37,113 nt of DNA from Nitrososphaerota archaeon (GCA_028867755.1 JAGWFT010000003.1:1-37113); one strand, 5' to 3'. Counted from the stretch's first letter, positions 26,796 to 35,765 are shown. Notes: generated by a model not told the origin, from the sequence alone. Numbers and translations: made by a program.

Positions 26796-27980
26796 TCATG
26801 CCTGCACGACCTGTTTTTGTTTTCTTATCTCTTCTATAAGAACTGGAATGACATCTTCCATCCTTCCTTTTATGAATATGTCACATTCATCTTTCATTAA
26901 CGCATTCTCGTCTGGATTGATTGCAATGATAAACTCTGAATCTTTCATTCCTGAAATGTGCTGCATGGCACCACTTATTCCAACAGCTATGTACAGTTTG
27001 GGGGCAACCTTTCTTCCACTAATTCCTATCACTCTGTCAGGTATTAGATAGGTAGAGTCCACTGTCTGACTCACTGAGAATGGCTTTTTGGATAGAGGCA
27101 AAGAGATTCCGATCTGAGCGTCCAACTCTGCCGCAAGTTGTTCTATCAACTTGATATTTTGTTCAGGAGAATCTTTGATTCCGCGTCCAAAGCTTACTAT
27201 TGCCTTGTGACTATCAAAATCAATCTCGCTTTTGATGATTTTACGATCTATTATCCTAACTTTGAGGTCTTCTTCATCAAACTTTGGTGTATATTCGATT
27301 ATCTTTCCATCTCGACTCGGGTCAGATGGAATTATTTCAAAAACTCCAGGTATTATGCTGCAAGCTTGTGGGTGATAATCTTTCTGAATTGCTGGATTTT
27401 TATTGTCAAGACAAAGTATTGTAGTCCATAAAAATCCAGAAAAGTCTGGCCTGTACATCTCAAGTGTTTTTTCATAAGTGAGAGGCTTTCCACCTGTCTT
27501 GTTTTGGTGAGTTATCTGAAGGTCACCTATGACCAATTTATTAATGTCTGATGCAAGTCCAGAGTCCATATGAGCTAAAACCGTTGCAGAGAGATGCCTT
27601 CCAATGCTGTCAGCTGCAAAGAACATGTATCTTGGCCTCTTGAATTGTGTAGCATATTCTGGCTCTATATTTGCAGCAACATCTCTGTCTGATGCTATCT
27701 GGGCTATTACCTTGGTGTGAATCGTATTTCTCACATATCTTAATTCTTGACTGTCTGCATAAATTACGGCATCTGCACCGTGTTCAATCAAAATCTTTGG
27801 AATCTCTTTGACATTATATCCCAATAAAACTGCGACAACTTTTTCATTAGAAGAATATTTCTTGTTAAAATCATCCAATATTCTTCGTGCTTCTCCAAGC
27901 ATCTCAAGACTTACTTGTAGTATCTTTCCTTCTTCATGTTCTATTATGATGTAGACGTGTCTATAATCTCCCTCAGTCAT
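26796..27980 (-). CDS. fixB: Electron transfer flavoprotein alpha subunit (FixB)
   Basis: SLEMLGEARR, GRHLSA, IVSFGRG, VIGISGRKVAPKLYIAVGISGAMQHISGM, IAINPDENA. Confidence 0.85.
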   Translation of the reverse strand: MTEGDYRHVYIIIEHEEGKILQVSLEMLGEARRILDDFNKKYSSNEKVVAVLLGYNVKEIPKILIEHGADAVIYADSQELRYVRNTIHTKVIAQIASDRDVAANIEPEYATQFKRPRYMFFAADSIGRHLSATVLAHMDSGLASDINKLVIGDLQITHQNKTGGKPLTYEKTLEMYRPDFSGFLWTTILCLDNKNPAIQKDYHPQACSIIPGVFEIIPSDPSRDGKIIEYTPKFDEEDLKVRIIDRKIIKSEIDFDSHKAIVSFGRGIKDSPEQNIKLIEQLAAELDAQIGISLPLSKKPFSVSQTVDSTYLIPDRVIGISGRKVAPKLYIAVGISGAMQHISGMKDSEFIIAINPDENALMKDECDIFIKGRMEDVIPVLIEEIRKQKQVVQA

Positions 27981-28852
27981 TTTATCACCATTGTAGATAG
28001 GGACTGTCGTAATCTTGCAACAACTTTGCGAATGTCTTCCTGATTGGCACCATCTATTACTTCTGCTTGTCTTGTGGCCTTGCCTTTTGGTATGCGCTCT
28101 ACTTTGTATACAATAGTTGGAGATCCAGAGATTCCAATAAGTTTTGGATCTGCCTCTATCTGTACTGCATTGAATACCTTTAGGTACTGCTTGAAATTCT
28201 TGGCGCGTTCAAATGCTTCTTTTTGATATCTTTCATAATCTAGCCTCTGTGATACGGTATTGAATTTAGACTTGTATGAAGGGTCTATTGCAATAAAGAC
28301 AGGAAGCGGCGCCTCAATTTCTTCAACAATATCGTAAATTCCCTGCATTCTGACAAGTCTCTTGGCTCTAACTGTCCTGTTCTCAAGGTTTATCTCATAC
28401 TCAATTACGTGACCAAGAAATGTCATACCAAGTTTCCATGCAGTTTGTGGGCCTGTCTGTCCGGTTTCACCATCTGAAGCCCTGTGTCCAGAAAATACGA
28501 TATCCATCTTGCCCATCTTTTGTACTCCTGACTTGAGAACTTCGGCAGTAGCCAGGGTGTCAGCACCCGCAAAGATTCTGTCGCTGTAAAGATAAAGATC
28601 ATCTGCGTCAGATATCAGTTGGGCCTGCTGCAGCATTGATTCTGCCATGGGAGGGCCCATGGTTCCTATTGATATCTTTGCGCCATACTTTACCTTGGCA
28701 TAAAAGGCAGCGGCAGTAGCTATGGCGCTGTGTGGACCTAGTATGTTCTTTGTCTCTGCTCGATTAAGTGTGCCATCTGGGTTGTAGCTCACATTTCCTT
28801 CTGAAAAGTCAGGTTCAAGTTTGACAATTACGGCTGTATTTATTGGATCCAT
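27977..28852 (-). CDS. fixA: Electron transfer flavoprotein beta subunit (FixA)
   Basis: VKLEPD...GTLNR, TMGPPMAE, SDRIFAGADTLATA, DGETGQTGP, GSPT; ATGA overlap with fixB. Confidence 0.87.
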   Translation of the reverse strand: MDPINTAVIVKLEPDFSEGNVSYNPDGTLNRAETKNILGPHSAIATAAAFYAKVKYGAKISIGTMGPPMAESMLQQAQLISDADDLYLYSDRIFAGADTLATAEVLKSGVQKMGKMDIVFSGHRASDGETGQTGPQTAWKLGMTFLGHVIEYEINLENRTVRAKRLVRMQGIYDIVEEIEAPLPVFIAIDPSYKSKFNTVSQRLDYERYQKEAFERAKNFKQYLKVFNAVQIEADPKLIGISGSPTIVYKVERIPKGKATRQAEVIDGANQEDIRKVVARLRQSLSTMVIK

Positions 28853-28966
28853 TCAATTTCTAGATGTTTTACTTTGATTTTTATCTATTGTGGTGGTTCT
28901 CATGTACACAAAATGGAAAATTATATAATTCGAATAAAAATAGAGTAGCACAAAGTGTAGCATGAC

Positions 28967-29263
28967 ATGATTGGGCAAAATAAGAAATCAGTAAAACTAC
29001 GAATGGCTATTTTAATTGCCATATATACAGTATTGATTCCATTTTCTTTTGCGTGGTACAATGCACTTGTAAATGTTGATTGTAGTCTAACCAAGCCAGT
29101 ATCTTCTGATCTTGTAAAGATCGAGCCATCTGACCAGAAAACACAAAGCTGTGGTCAACAACTTGGCTTTCACTGGGTAAAGTTCTATGGCATTAATGGA
29201 ATATTATATGGCGTCTCACTTGCTGCCTTTGTTATCAATACGAGAAAAAACAACAAAAATTGA
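28967..29263 (+). CDS. Small two-TM membrane protein
   Basis: Two hydrophobic helices with a loop bounded by two Cys. Confidence 0.65.
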   Translation: MIGQNKKSVKLRMAILIAIYTVLIPFSFAWYNALVNVDCSLTKPVSSDLVKIEPSDQKTQSCGQQLGFHWVKFYGINGILYGVSLAAFVINTRKNNKN

Positions 29264-29367
29264 AAATTTTCAAAAATGACGATTCCATGCTATAAACAAT
29301 TCCCAGAGAATCTACCTAAAATTTATAATCAAGAAAATAGATTTTCTATATATCTCGCGACCTGATT

Positions 29368-30393
29368 ATGAAAAAGCTTGCAATCATTGCATTGTTAATA
29401 GTTCTCACGACATTTGCTGTTCTAGGGTACTCCATAACAGCTTCTGCCCAAGAACCTTCTATACCAAACTGGATAAAAAATACTGCACATTGGTGGTCAC
29501 AGAATCAGACTAGCGATTCTGATTTTCTGCAGGCCATGCAATATCTAATTGACCATAACATATTGCATGTATTGCATCAAACCCAAGTTCAGCAAAGTTT
29601 GAACATGTCTGTGCAAACTCAAAACTTGCAACTGCTGCAGAAGGTAAATGATCTTCAAACTAGATACGACACTTTACAATCAAAATACAACCTGTTGTTG
29701 CAACAGGTAAGAAGCATTACAACACAGTCTGTGGCCTCTGGCGAAAATAATGCCTCCATATCTGCTGTAGCGGTACGACCTGTCATAGCAAATGACGGGT
29801 TCTTTGAAACCACTAGCTATCAGGGCTCTATACTAAAAATCACAGTCGAGGTTAGAGACGGAACTGGGCTCATACTAGTCAACACTGCGATTCCAACCGG
29901 CGTGGACTTTCAATCCTCTGCACATACTGCTGTCATGGTGGCCCAAAATGTAACTGAAATAGATTTGGCAAAAAAAGATATAATATTTTCAGTCAGTTCT
30001 GCCAATAACCAAGATCTACAGGCTGTTGATGGTGGTAGTGCAGGTGGTGCAATGACTGTATTGCTTGTCTCAGAACTGCTTGGAAAACAGATCAATAATC
30101 ACGTGTTGATGACTGGCACAATTCAACCAGATGGTACCATAGGGCCAATTGGTGCAGCAGACGAGAAAGCTGATGCGGCAGGTCAGTATGGTGCAAAAAT
30201 ATTTTTGGTACCACTAGGACAAGCAGTTGTTTCTGTGCAGAGCTGTAGTGAAAAAAATGAAGGGCCTATAACCTATCAGACATGTACTACAGAGCAAAAA
30301 CCGCTCGCTCCAATAATGCAGAGTAAGTATGGAATGCAAGTAATTGAGATAAACACAATTCAGGATGCTCTAAAATATTTTGATTCAAACTAG
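29368..30393 (+). CDS. Secreted Lon-like (S16, Ser-Lys dyad) protease without ATPase; N-terminal W-rich module and coiled coil
   Basis: Signal peptide; IPNWIKNTAHWW; VDGGSAGGAM (Ser), MTGTIQPDGTIGPIGAADEKADAA (Lys). Confidence 0.82.
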   Translation: MKKLAIIALLIVLTTFAVLGYSITASAQEPSIPNWIKNTAHWWSQNQTSDSDFLQAMQYLIDHNILHVLHQTQVQQSLNMSVQTQNLQLLQKVNDLQTRYDTLQSKYNLLLQQVRSITTQSVASGENNASISAVAVRPVIANDGFFETTSYQGSILKITVEVRDGTGLILVNTAIPTGVDFQSSAHTAVMVAQNVTEIDLAKKDIIFSVSSANNQDLQAVDGGSAGGAMTVLLVSELLGKQINNHVLMTGTIQPDGTIGPIGAADEKADAAGQYGAKIFLVPLGQAVVSVQSCSEKNEGPITYQTCTTEQKPLAPIMQSKYGMQVIEINTIQDALKYFDSN

Positions 30394-30518
30394 ACTTTTT
30401 GCCCTAAATTTTATTGCAATCAGTTGCAATTACTAGAATCAAGTTTATCTTTAGGAAAGTGATAGATTAATGCGATACGATAACTACACAAAATAAAGAT
30501 GAAGCGCTTCCTGCACCA

Positions 30519-30794
30519 TTGCTAAATCTGCTCTTAGATGAGAGTGCAAACTGCATACTGCGAGCTGCCACTTTGCCCAAAAGCGCCTATCAACTAAGCA
30601 AGGACTGTAATGTTTCCTTGACGACAATATATAGACAGATCAAGAGGTTAAATGACAAAAAACTATTGCATGTGTCTGGTGCTATAGACAAAGGTGGCAA
30701 GAAACACTTTACTTTCAAAAGCAAGAGCAATGTGTATTGCAAGTGTGCCTGCTCTAACGTAGATATATCGTCCTTTATTGAATCTACAAAATGA
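30519..30794 (+). CDS. ArsR-like winged HTH regulator
   Basis: LLDESANCILRA...KSAYQLSKDCNVSLTTIYRQIKRLNDKKLL. Confidence 0.72.
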   Translation: MLNLLLDESANCILRAATLPKSAYQLSKDCNVSLTTIYRQIKRLNDKKLLHVSGAIDKGGKKHFTFKSKSNVYCKCACSNVDISSFIESTK

Positions 30795-30867
30795 TTTTTT
30801 CTTGTTGAATTTTTGGTTCAGGTAATGGAATAGTTTCTTATTAGGAAGATCTATTTGTAACTGCAAT

Positions 30868-31437
30868 TTGGCAAAACTATACATTCTAAGAGGTTTGATA
30901 GTTGTATCTGTTGGGGCAATATTGCTGGTTGTTGGCTCGAACATATTTGATGGCTCATATGATACGGCTGAATCAATTATGAAGACAAAACATGAACTGA
31001 TAGAAAACAAGGAGATACTGCAGGGCAACTTGGTAAATTCTACAATTGCTTGGGCAGATCTCTCTGAACACACTATTTTACTAGTGCATACGATACCTCC
31101 CTCTGATTTCGTAAAATTACAAGTAACAGAGCCAAATGGCGATACATTTGAAAAGGAAAGCAAAAATGGCTTTTTGTACCATATTATAGAAAAAAGACCA
31201 CAGGAACAAGGAAATTACAATTTTAGTATATCGAACCTAGGCAATGAACCAGTAAGTGTCAGTGTGACTTTGGGAGAAGATCCATATCTTAGCGGAACAT
31301 GTGATTTGAGCAACGGAATGAATTGTTATGCCATTCCAGTGGCAATTGGGATGGTTATAGTGGGAATAATCGCGTTGACAGTGGGCTCGTTGATAACCAT
31401 AAATGATCTTAACAAAAAAAGAAGACAAAGCAAGTGA
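30868..31437 (+). CDS. Membrane protein with extracytoplasmic beta-sandwich and C-terminal TM
   Basis: N- and C-terminal TM helices; GNYNFSISNLGNEPVSVSV. Confidence 0.72.
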   Translation: MAKLYILRGLIVVSVGAILLVVGSNIFDGSYDTAESIMKTKHELIENKEILQGNLVNSTIAWADLSEHTILLVHTIPPSDFVKLQVTEPNGDTFEKESKNGFLYHIIEKRPQEQGNYNFSISNLGNEPVSVSVTLGEDPYLSGTCDLSNGMNCYAIPVAIGMVIVGIIALTVGSLITINDLNKKRRQSK

Positions 31438-31454
31438 TCTGATATCGTGTTGTT

Positions 31455-32333
31455 TTAGACTTTGATTATGCCGTTGCTGATGAGATATTGTACTCCTTTC
31501 ACAAAGTCATCATCTGATATCTCACTGCTTGCCCACCATCCTGCAGAATTTTTTATCCACGCAGGAATTTGTTGTGATTGATTGGTGTTTGATGCAGTAG
31601 GCGGCACCGCAATGATTCCTTGTTTTATCATATACTGAATCCCGCCTACAAACGTCTGGTCATTTATGGCCCCATCTGACCACCATTTGGCATCATTTTT
31701 GACCCACGGCGGAATTTGAGTACCAGTATTTGGAGGCGCGCCCACGTAAAATGTGTACACAGATTTTTCAAACTCTGCGGCATTTTGGTAAACTCCATTC
31801 TGCGATGAAGTCATAACTAGAAAATACTGCCTACCATCTTTTAACCAGAAGGAAAACTCTTCAATAATTGGGCTGTTCTGTGTGGTTTTGTTCTCAGATA
31901 CGACTACCTGAATAACATAACCATCAGAAAATCTTTGAATATTTTTTTGATATCCGACATACTTTGAACTATCAAACAACTTTGAAAGCGCAGTATCTAA
32001 GATCCACTCATCTGGAGCTGATGATAATGCAGGTGCTATGGGCTTACCTTGGTAGTAATAAATTGCAAAATCGGCTGCGCTTTCTGGATTTTCATTTGTA
32101 AATGTCACTAGTGCTGTATCTGATTTGTTGGCCTGGGTTACAGGAATCCATCCGGCAGGAGGCACTAGAGAAAAATTGTATACGGGATCTTTGTATGTAT
32201 TAGTCTGTATATTTGCAGAGTTAAACATGGAAATTGACAAATCCTGTGTATTATTTTCTTGGGCCCATGCAGAATTAGTCATCAAGAAAAAGAGTGTCAC
32301 ACTTAGTAAAATGGAATAAAAAACTAGTCTCAA
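31455..32333 (-). CDS. Secreted protein: PsbP-like domain plus two IPxW(V/I)KNxAxWW modules
   Basis: Signal AWA/QE; YKDPVYNFSLVPPAGW; IPPWVKNDAKWWS and IPAWIKNSAGWWA. Confidence 0.8.
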   Translation of the reverse strand: MRLVFYSILLSVTLFFLMTNSAWAQENNTQDLSISMFNSANIQTNTYKDPVYNFSLVPPAGWIPVTQANKSDTALVTFTNENPESAADFAIYYYQGKPIAPALSSAPDEWILDTALSKLFDSSKYVGYQKNIQRFSDGYVIQVVVSENKTTQNSPIIEEFSFWLKDGRQYFLVMTSSQNGVYQNAAEFEKSVYTFYVGAPPNTGTQIPPWVKNDAKWWSDGAINDQTFVGGIQYMIKQGIIAVPPTASNTNQSQQIPAWIKNSAGWWASSEISDDDFVKGVQYLISNGIIKV

Positions 32334-32363
32334 TTTAAAGGAATTTCTGCGACCTGCTATAAG

Positions 32364-32546
32364 AATTATGATGTAAAACTATACAGCAGTGTGGTAATCT
32401 CTGGGTTACTGATACTGACAATAATAGAGTATTAGAGTTTGCCAACTTGCCTGTGCCTGAATTTGGAACAGTCATGGCAGTGTTTTGTTATTTCCATGAT
32501 ACCAATTGTAATAATTTCTGCAAGGATGAGGTTATCATTTTCATGA
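32364..32546 (+). pseudogene. Decayed 3' remnant of an NHL-repeat PEFG-CTERM gene with two frameshifts
   Basis: Removing GT at 32391-32392 and one T near 32474 gives NYDVKLYSSGNLWVTDTDNNRVLEFANLPVPEFGTVMAVFVISMIPIVIISARMRLSFS*. Confidence 0.72.
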
Positions 32547-32719
32547 TGCTAAAAATCATCTGTCCAAAAGTGTAGATTGCAACTAGTTGCATTTTCTTGC
32601 TATTCTCTTAATAATGAATTCCAAACACAACTTGTAGGAACTGTAGGTAAGTCAGCATAACAACCCCATCCTCTGGCTTGCCTACGGTTTCATTTATCAT
32701 GTTACTATTTTTTTCTTAT

Positions 32720-33256
32720 TCAGGAAGAGACTTTGCGTGATTTTATGAATTTTGTTAGATGTACTGCACCAATAAACGGCCATGCCAGTGCCATGAAAAT
32801 GAAAACCATCCCAACTAACGAACTTGCATCAAAATTATTTGCCAGTATGTTTAGCGGAAACATGTACTGTTCTATGCTGGAAGGAAGATACGGGTTAAGA
32901 AAAGGCATTATATTGTTTTGAAATACATGCCATCCGACAAAGACTGTTACAAAGAAAAAGATTGCCTTTTTGCCAATATATCTCTCAAACCCTGCTCGCT
33001 CAAGCCTTGCAATCCTCTCACCAAGTGTCTGGATCTCTCCATGCAGTGTATCTATTGCGTGTTCTGCATGTCTTTGCAGTGATTGAGGATCTTGTGCACC
33101 AAGATACAATGGAATTATGCTTTCCAGGTATTTTTGATCCGATAAGGGCAGTGTTTTGTCTTTTGTCAGCAGTTGAAGAATGTATTCTAGTCTTCCGCGG
33201 TCACCTTTACCAAGCACGATCATTTGTTGAATGGAATTTACCAAACTTTCAGACAA
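32720..33256 (-). CDS. Hypothetical membrane protein (helical N-terminal domain plus two TMs)
   Basis: GKGDRGRLEYILQLL...DQKYL; two C-terminal hydrophobic helices. Confidence 0.72.
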   Translation of the reverse strand: MSESLVNSIQQMIVLGKGDRGRLEYILQLLTKDKTLPLSDQKYLESIIPLYLGAQDPQSLQRHAEHAIDTLHGEIQTLGERIARLERAGFERYIGKKAIFFFVTVFVGWHVFQNNIMPFLNPYLPSSIEQYMFPLNILANNFDASSLVGMVFIFMALAWPFIGAVHLTKFIKSRKVSS

Positions 33257-33296
33257 TGTGTACTGGAAATTTTAGCCCAGATAAAAGCGATGGGAC

Positions 33297-33440
33297 TCAT
33301 AACGACTTGAATTTCTTGATTGCTTCTTTTGCCAATTCTTCTTGGGAATCTTTTGATATTTTAGTTGGGTCGTCAGAGGCCAGCATTTTGTTATACTCAT
33401 CTTCTGTGTTTGGTTTCATCTTCTTCTTTTCTTCTACCAT
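33297..33440 (-). CDS. Putative 47-aa charged small protein. Not in the ORF track
   Basis: MVEEKKKMKPNTEDEYNKMLASDDPTKISKDSQEELAKEAIKKFKSL*; co-oriented with its neighbours. Confidence 0.6.
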   Translation of the reverse strand: MVEEKKKMKPNTEDEYNKMLASDDPTKISKDSQEELAKEAIKKFKSL

Positions 33441-33505
33441 GGAAATACTATGAGATATCCAATTGATATCTCTACCTGTAATTTCGATAAAAATAGATGT
33501 TTTTA

Positions 33506-34054
33506 TTATAATGAAATAGGTTTCTGGCCGTATGATGTTGCCATCTCATTTATTCCATTTAAGATATTTTGAATTCCTGGATATTGGGCTTTGTTCTTGG
33601 ATAAATCAGGTTTTATTATATTAAGATAATACAGATTTTTTTTAACCTGTTTTGATCTTTTGGTCTTTGACAACTGTGTATTTTTCAAGTCTTTGAGATT
33701 TGTAGATATGTGACAAAGCTCAATTAGCTTTGCTTCTATTGATGCTTCCTTTAGCTGCTTGGTGTATTGTTTTTCTATTTGGTCCTTTGTCATGTTTTTA
33801 TCTTTAGATAATGCAAGAACAAGAACTGCTACTCTACTACCAAATTTTTTATCAATCTCATCAAATGTTGTATTTGTTTTCTCAATTATATTGTACAACC
33901 ACGCTGCTGCAAGCACTTCTTGGTCTGATATTCCAATATTTTTGAGCCTGTTTACTATTCCAATTAAATGATCCAAATATGACACGTCATCTTTTCTTGA
34001 TGTATTCACGTACTTTTCTTTTGAAAACAACTCTGCAGATTCTATTATTTGCAT
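33506..34054 (-). CDS. Degenerate HD_4 (RelA/SpoT hydrolase-like) protein, probable pseudo-enzyme
   Basis: RKDDVSYLDHLIGIV, AAWLYNIIEK (HD replaced by YN), KFGSRVAVLV..LS, KLIELCHISTN; start ATG 34054 overlaps the upstream TAA (TAATG). Confidence 0.75.
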   Translation of the reverse strand: MQIIESAELFSKEKYVNTSRKDDVSYLDHLIGIVNRLKNIGISDQEVLAAAWLYNIIEKTNTTFDEIDKKFGSRVAVLVLALSKDKNMTKDQIEKQYTKQLKEASIEAKLIELCHISTNLKDLKNTQLSKTKRSKQVKKNLYYLNIIKPDLSKNKAQYPGIQNILNGINEMATSYGQKPISL

Positions 34055-34320
34055 TATTCCTCTGTTTTTTCTAATTCTTGGCAAAGCTTTTTGTAATTTT
34101 CAATTAACTCTTTGAACGAAGAAAATACTGTTGTAATGTTTTTCTGTGCAACCTCAAAGCACATAGTCTTTTCAATAAGATATGATGCATCTTTTGGGTC
34201 CAAGCCTGTTTCCTCCCAAATGTTTTCAAACTCTGACATTAATTTTTGAAGGTGATTATAACTGTGGTCTATTTTTTCTTTTAGTTGTTTTACTGATGCA
34301 GAATTAGCCAAGTCTTTCAT
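34054..34320 (-). CDS. Hypothetical coiled-coil protein
   Basis: 88 aa, helical; translationally coupled to the downstream HD-like gene. Confidence 0.7.
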   Translation of the reverse strand: MKDLANSASVKQLKEKIDHSYNHLQKLMSEFENIWEETGLDPKDASYLIEKTMCFEVAQKNITTVFSSFKELIENYKKLCQELEKTEE

Positions 34321-34372
34321 TATTGTGTGAGTGCACTATAATAATAACCTGAATTGAAAATTAGTGAACAAC

Positions 34373-34912
34373 TTAAAATGAAAATCTTGGTTTGGTTTTA
34401 ACTGTTATTGTTATGACTAGTATTGCTGAAAAAACAAGAATCAAGGGGGCAAGATCTCCAAATTCAGGAATAACCTGGGTGCCAATTATCTCTATGGTGT
34501 TAGTTTTATTGGGAAATTGCATTGTTAATTGTCTATAGTTCAAAGTTTCAAATTCTTTAAAGTTTATTCCATGTTTGTTTGCAAGCACGATAAAATGAGA
34601 ATCTTCACCGTTTTCTTTTGCATTGATCAACGCTCTTGGAAGGCTAATGGTGAGGATTCCTGAATTTGTGGACTTGATTGAAAGAATCATTGCTTTAGAT
34701 TGGCTGTCAAGATTAATTGCAAGTATGGTTCCATTTGTAATTGTATGGGGGACGACAAATCTAGTACTGTTGACACCAATAGTGTTATTTGTAGGAATTT
34801 GCCCAAATGATGTCTTTGGATACAAAGTGACTGCAACTACAAGAATTATCAGTATTAACATCAGACGGTGGCTTTGCAAAAGACTCTTCATTCTTGTTTT
34901 GGGTTTCTTCAT
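34373..34912 (-). CDS. Minimal single-domain PEFG-CTERM protein
   Basis: TITNGTILAI...LTISLPRALINA...TIEIIGTQVIPEFG + TM + basic tail. Confidence 0.85.
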   Translation of the reverse strand: MKKPKTRMKSLLQSHRLMLILIILVVAVTLYPKTSFGQIPTNNTIGVNSTRFVVPHTITNGTILAINLDSQSKAMILSIKSTNSGILTISLPRALINAKENGEDSHFIVLANKHGINFKEFETLNYRQLTMQFPNKTNTIEIIGTQVIPEFGDLAPLILVFSAILVITITVKTKPRFSF

Positions 34913-35242
34913 ACCTTATTTTTAAGTTCTCTAGAACAATATGCGCTAGTCTAATGCATCACAAGACAAATTATGGAAAAGGCAAATGCGCGTTTTTATT
35001 TATCGAATGTTTTTTTGCTATCTTTCTGACAGGACCGTCAGTGAACACACTCATTTGTATTATCTCACGTGATAAAACATCATAAGAATCAGCGTGTATC
35101 TTTTGAATGAACCTAGAAGTTTTTATATCTAAAACATTTGTCTGCTTGGCTGAGATGTCAAGTATTTGATTATATCTAGAATCGCGATATCTGAAGGTAA
35201 TTTACTAGCAAAGGAAAAATACAAGTCAATGTCAACCCTCTT

Positions 35243-35746
35243 GTGCGCCGTACATCTTACTTGATTTTGATCGTGTTTGCATTATCTCTTACAAGCATTC
35301 CATCATTTGCACAAACCACAAATATTTTCACCGTAAAAAATCCAGCAGGTGGGCAACCTTACAGTGTCAACTATTCCATAACAGGTGCTACAATAAATGA
35401 TATGTTGATTAGTACTCACGAGACATCACTTATAATATCGCTAAATTCTACAAGCAACGGGAATTTAGTTATTAATCTGCCTAGAAATCTAATTGATGCA
35501 AAAGCAGGCTTAGGCGATGATCGATTTATTGTTCTTGTGGATGATACCTATACTACTTTTCATGAGAGTAAAACCGATGCTAATAGAACTCTCTCCATCG
35601 CATTTACTAATGGCACGCAAAGAATTGAGATAATAGGAACTCAAGTTCTTCCAGAATTTGGCTCCCTCTCCCTTGCTATTCTTGCTGTATCTGTAATGTC
35701 AATAGTTGCAATTTCTGCAAAAATCAGATTTAAATCAAGCTTGTAG
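35243..35746 (+). CDS. Minimal single-domain PEFG-CTERM protein, divergent from 34373..34912
   Basis: YSITGATI...LVINLPRNLIDAK...FTNGTQRIEIIGTQVLPEFG + TM + KIRF. Confidence 0.87.
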   Translation: MRRTSYLILIVFALSLTSIPSFAQTTNIFTVKNPAGGQPYSVNYSITGATINDMLISTHETSLIISLNSTSNGNLVINLPRNLIDAKAGLGDDRFIVLVDDTYTTFHESKTDANRTLSIAFTNGTQRIEIIGTQVLPEFGSLSLAILAVSVMSIVAISAKIRFKSSL

Positions 35747-35765
35747 CTGTATTTTGTGAAAAAAT

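Noticed and set aside
24914-28852. Nitrogen fixation
   Set aside because: fixABCX encodes electron transfer only; no nifH/D/K-like genes in the window
29368-30393. Calling this gene lon/lonB
   Set aside because: No AAA+ module (no Walker motifs); secreted architecture
30414-30430. Recurrent TTGCAAT words in intergenic regions (near 775, 1882, 12421, 30414, 30425)
   Set aside because: Short word expected often in AT-rich DNA; no consistent spacing to TATA boxes
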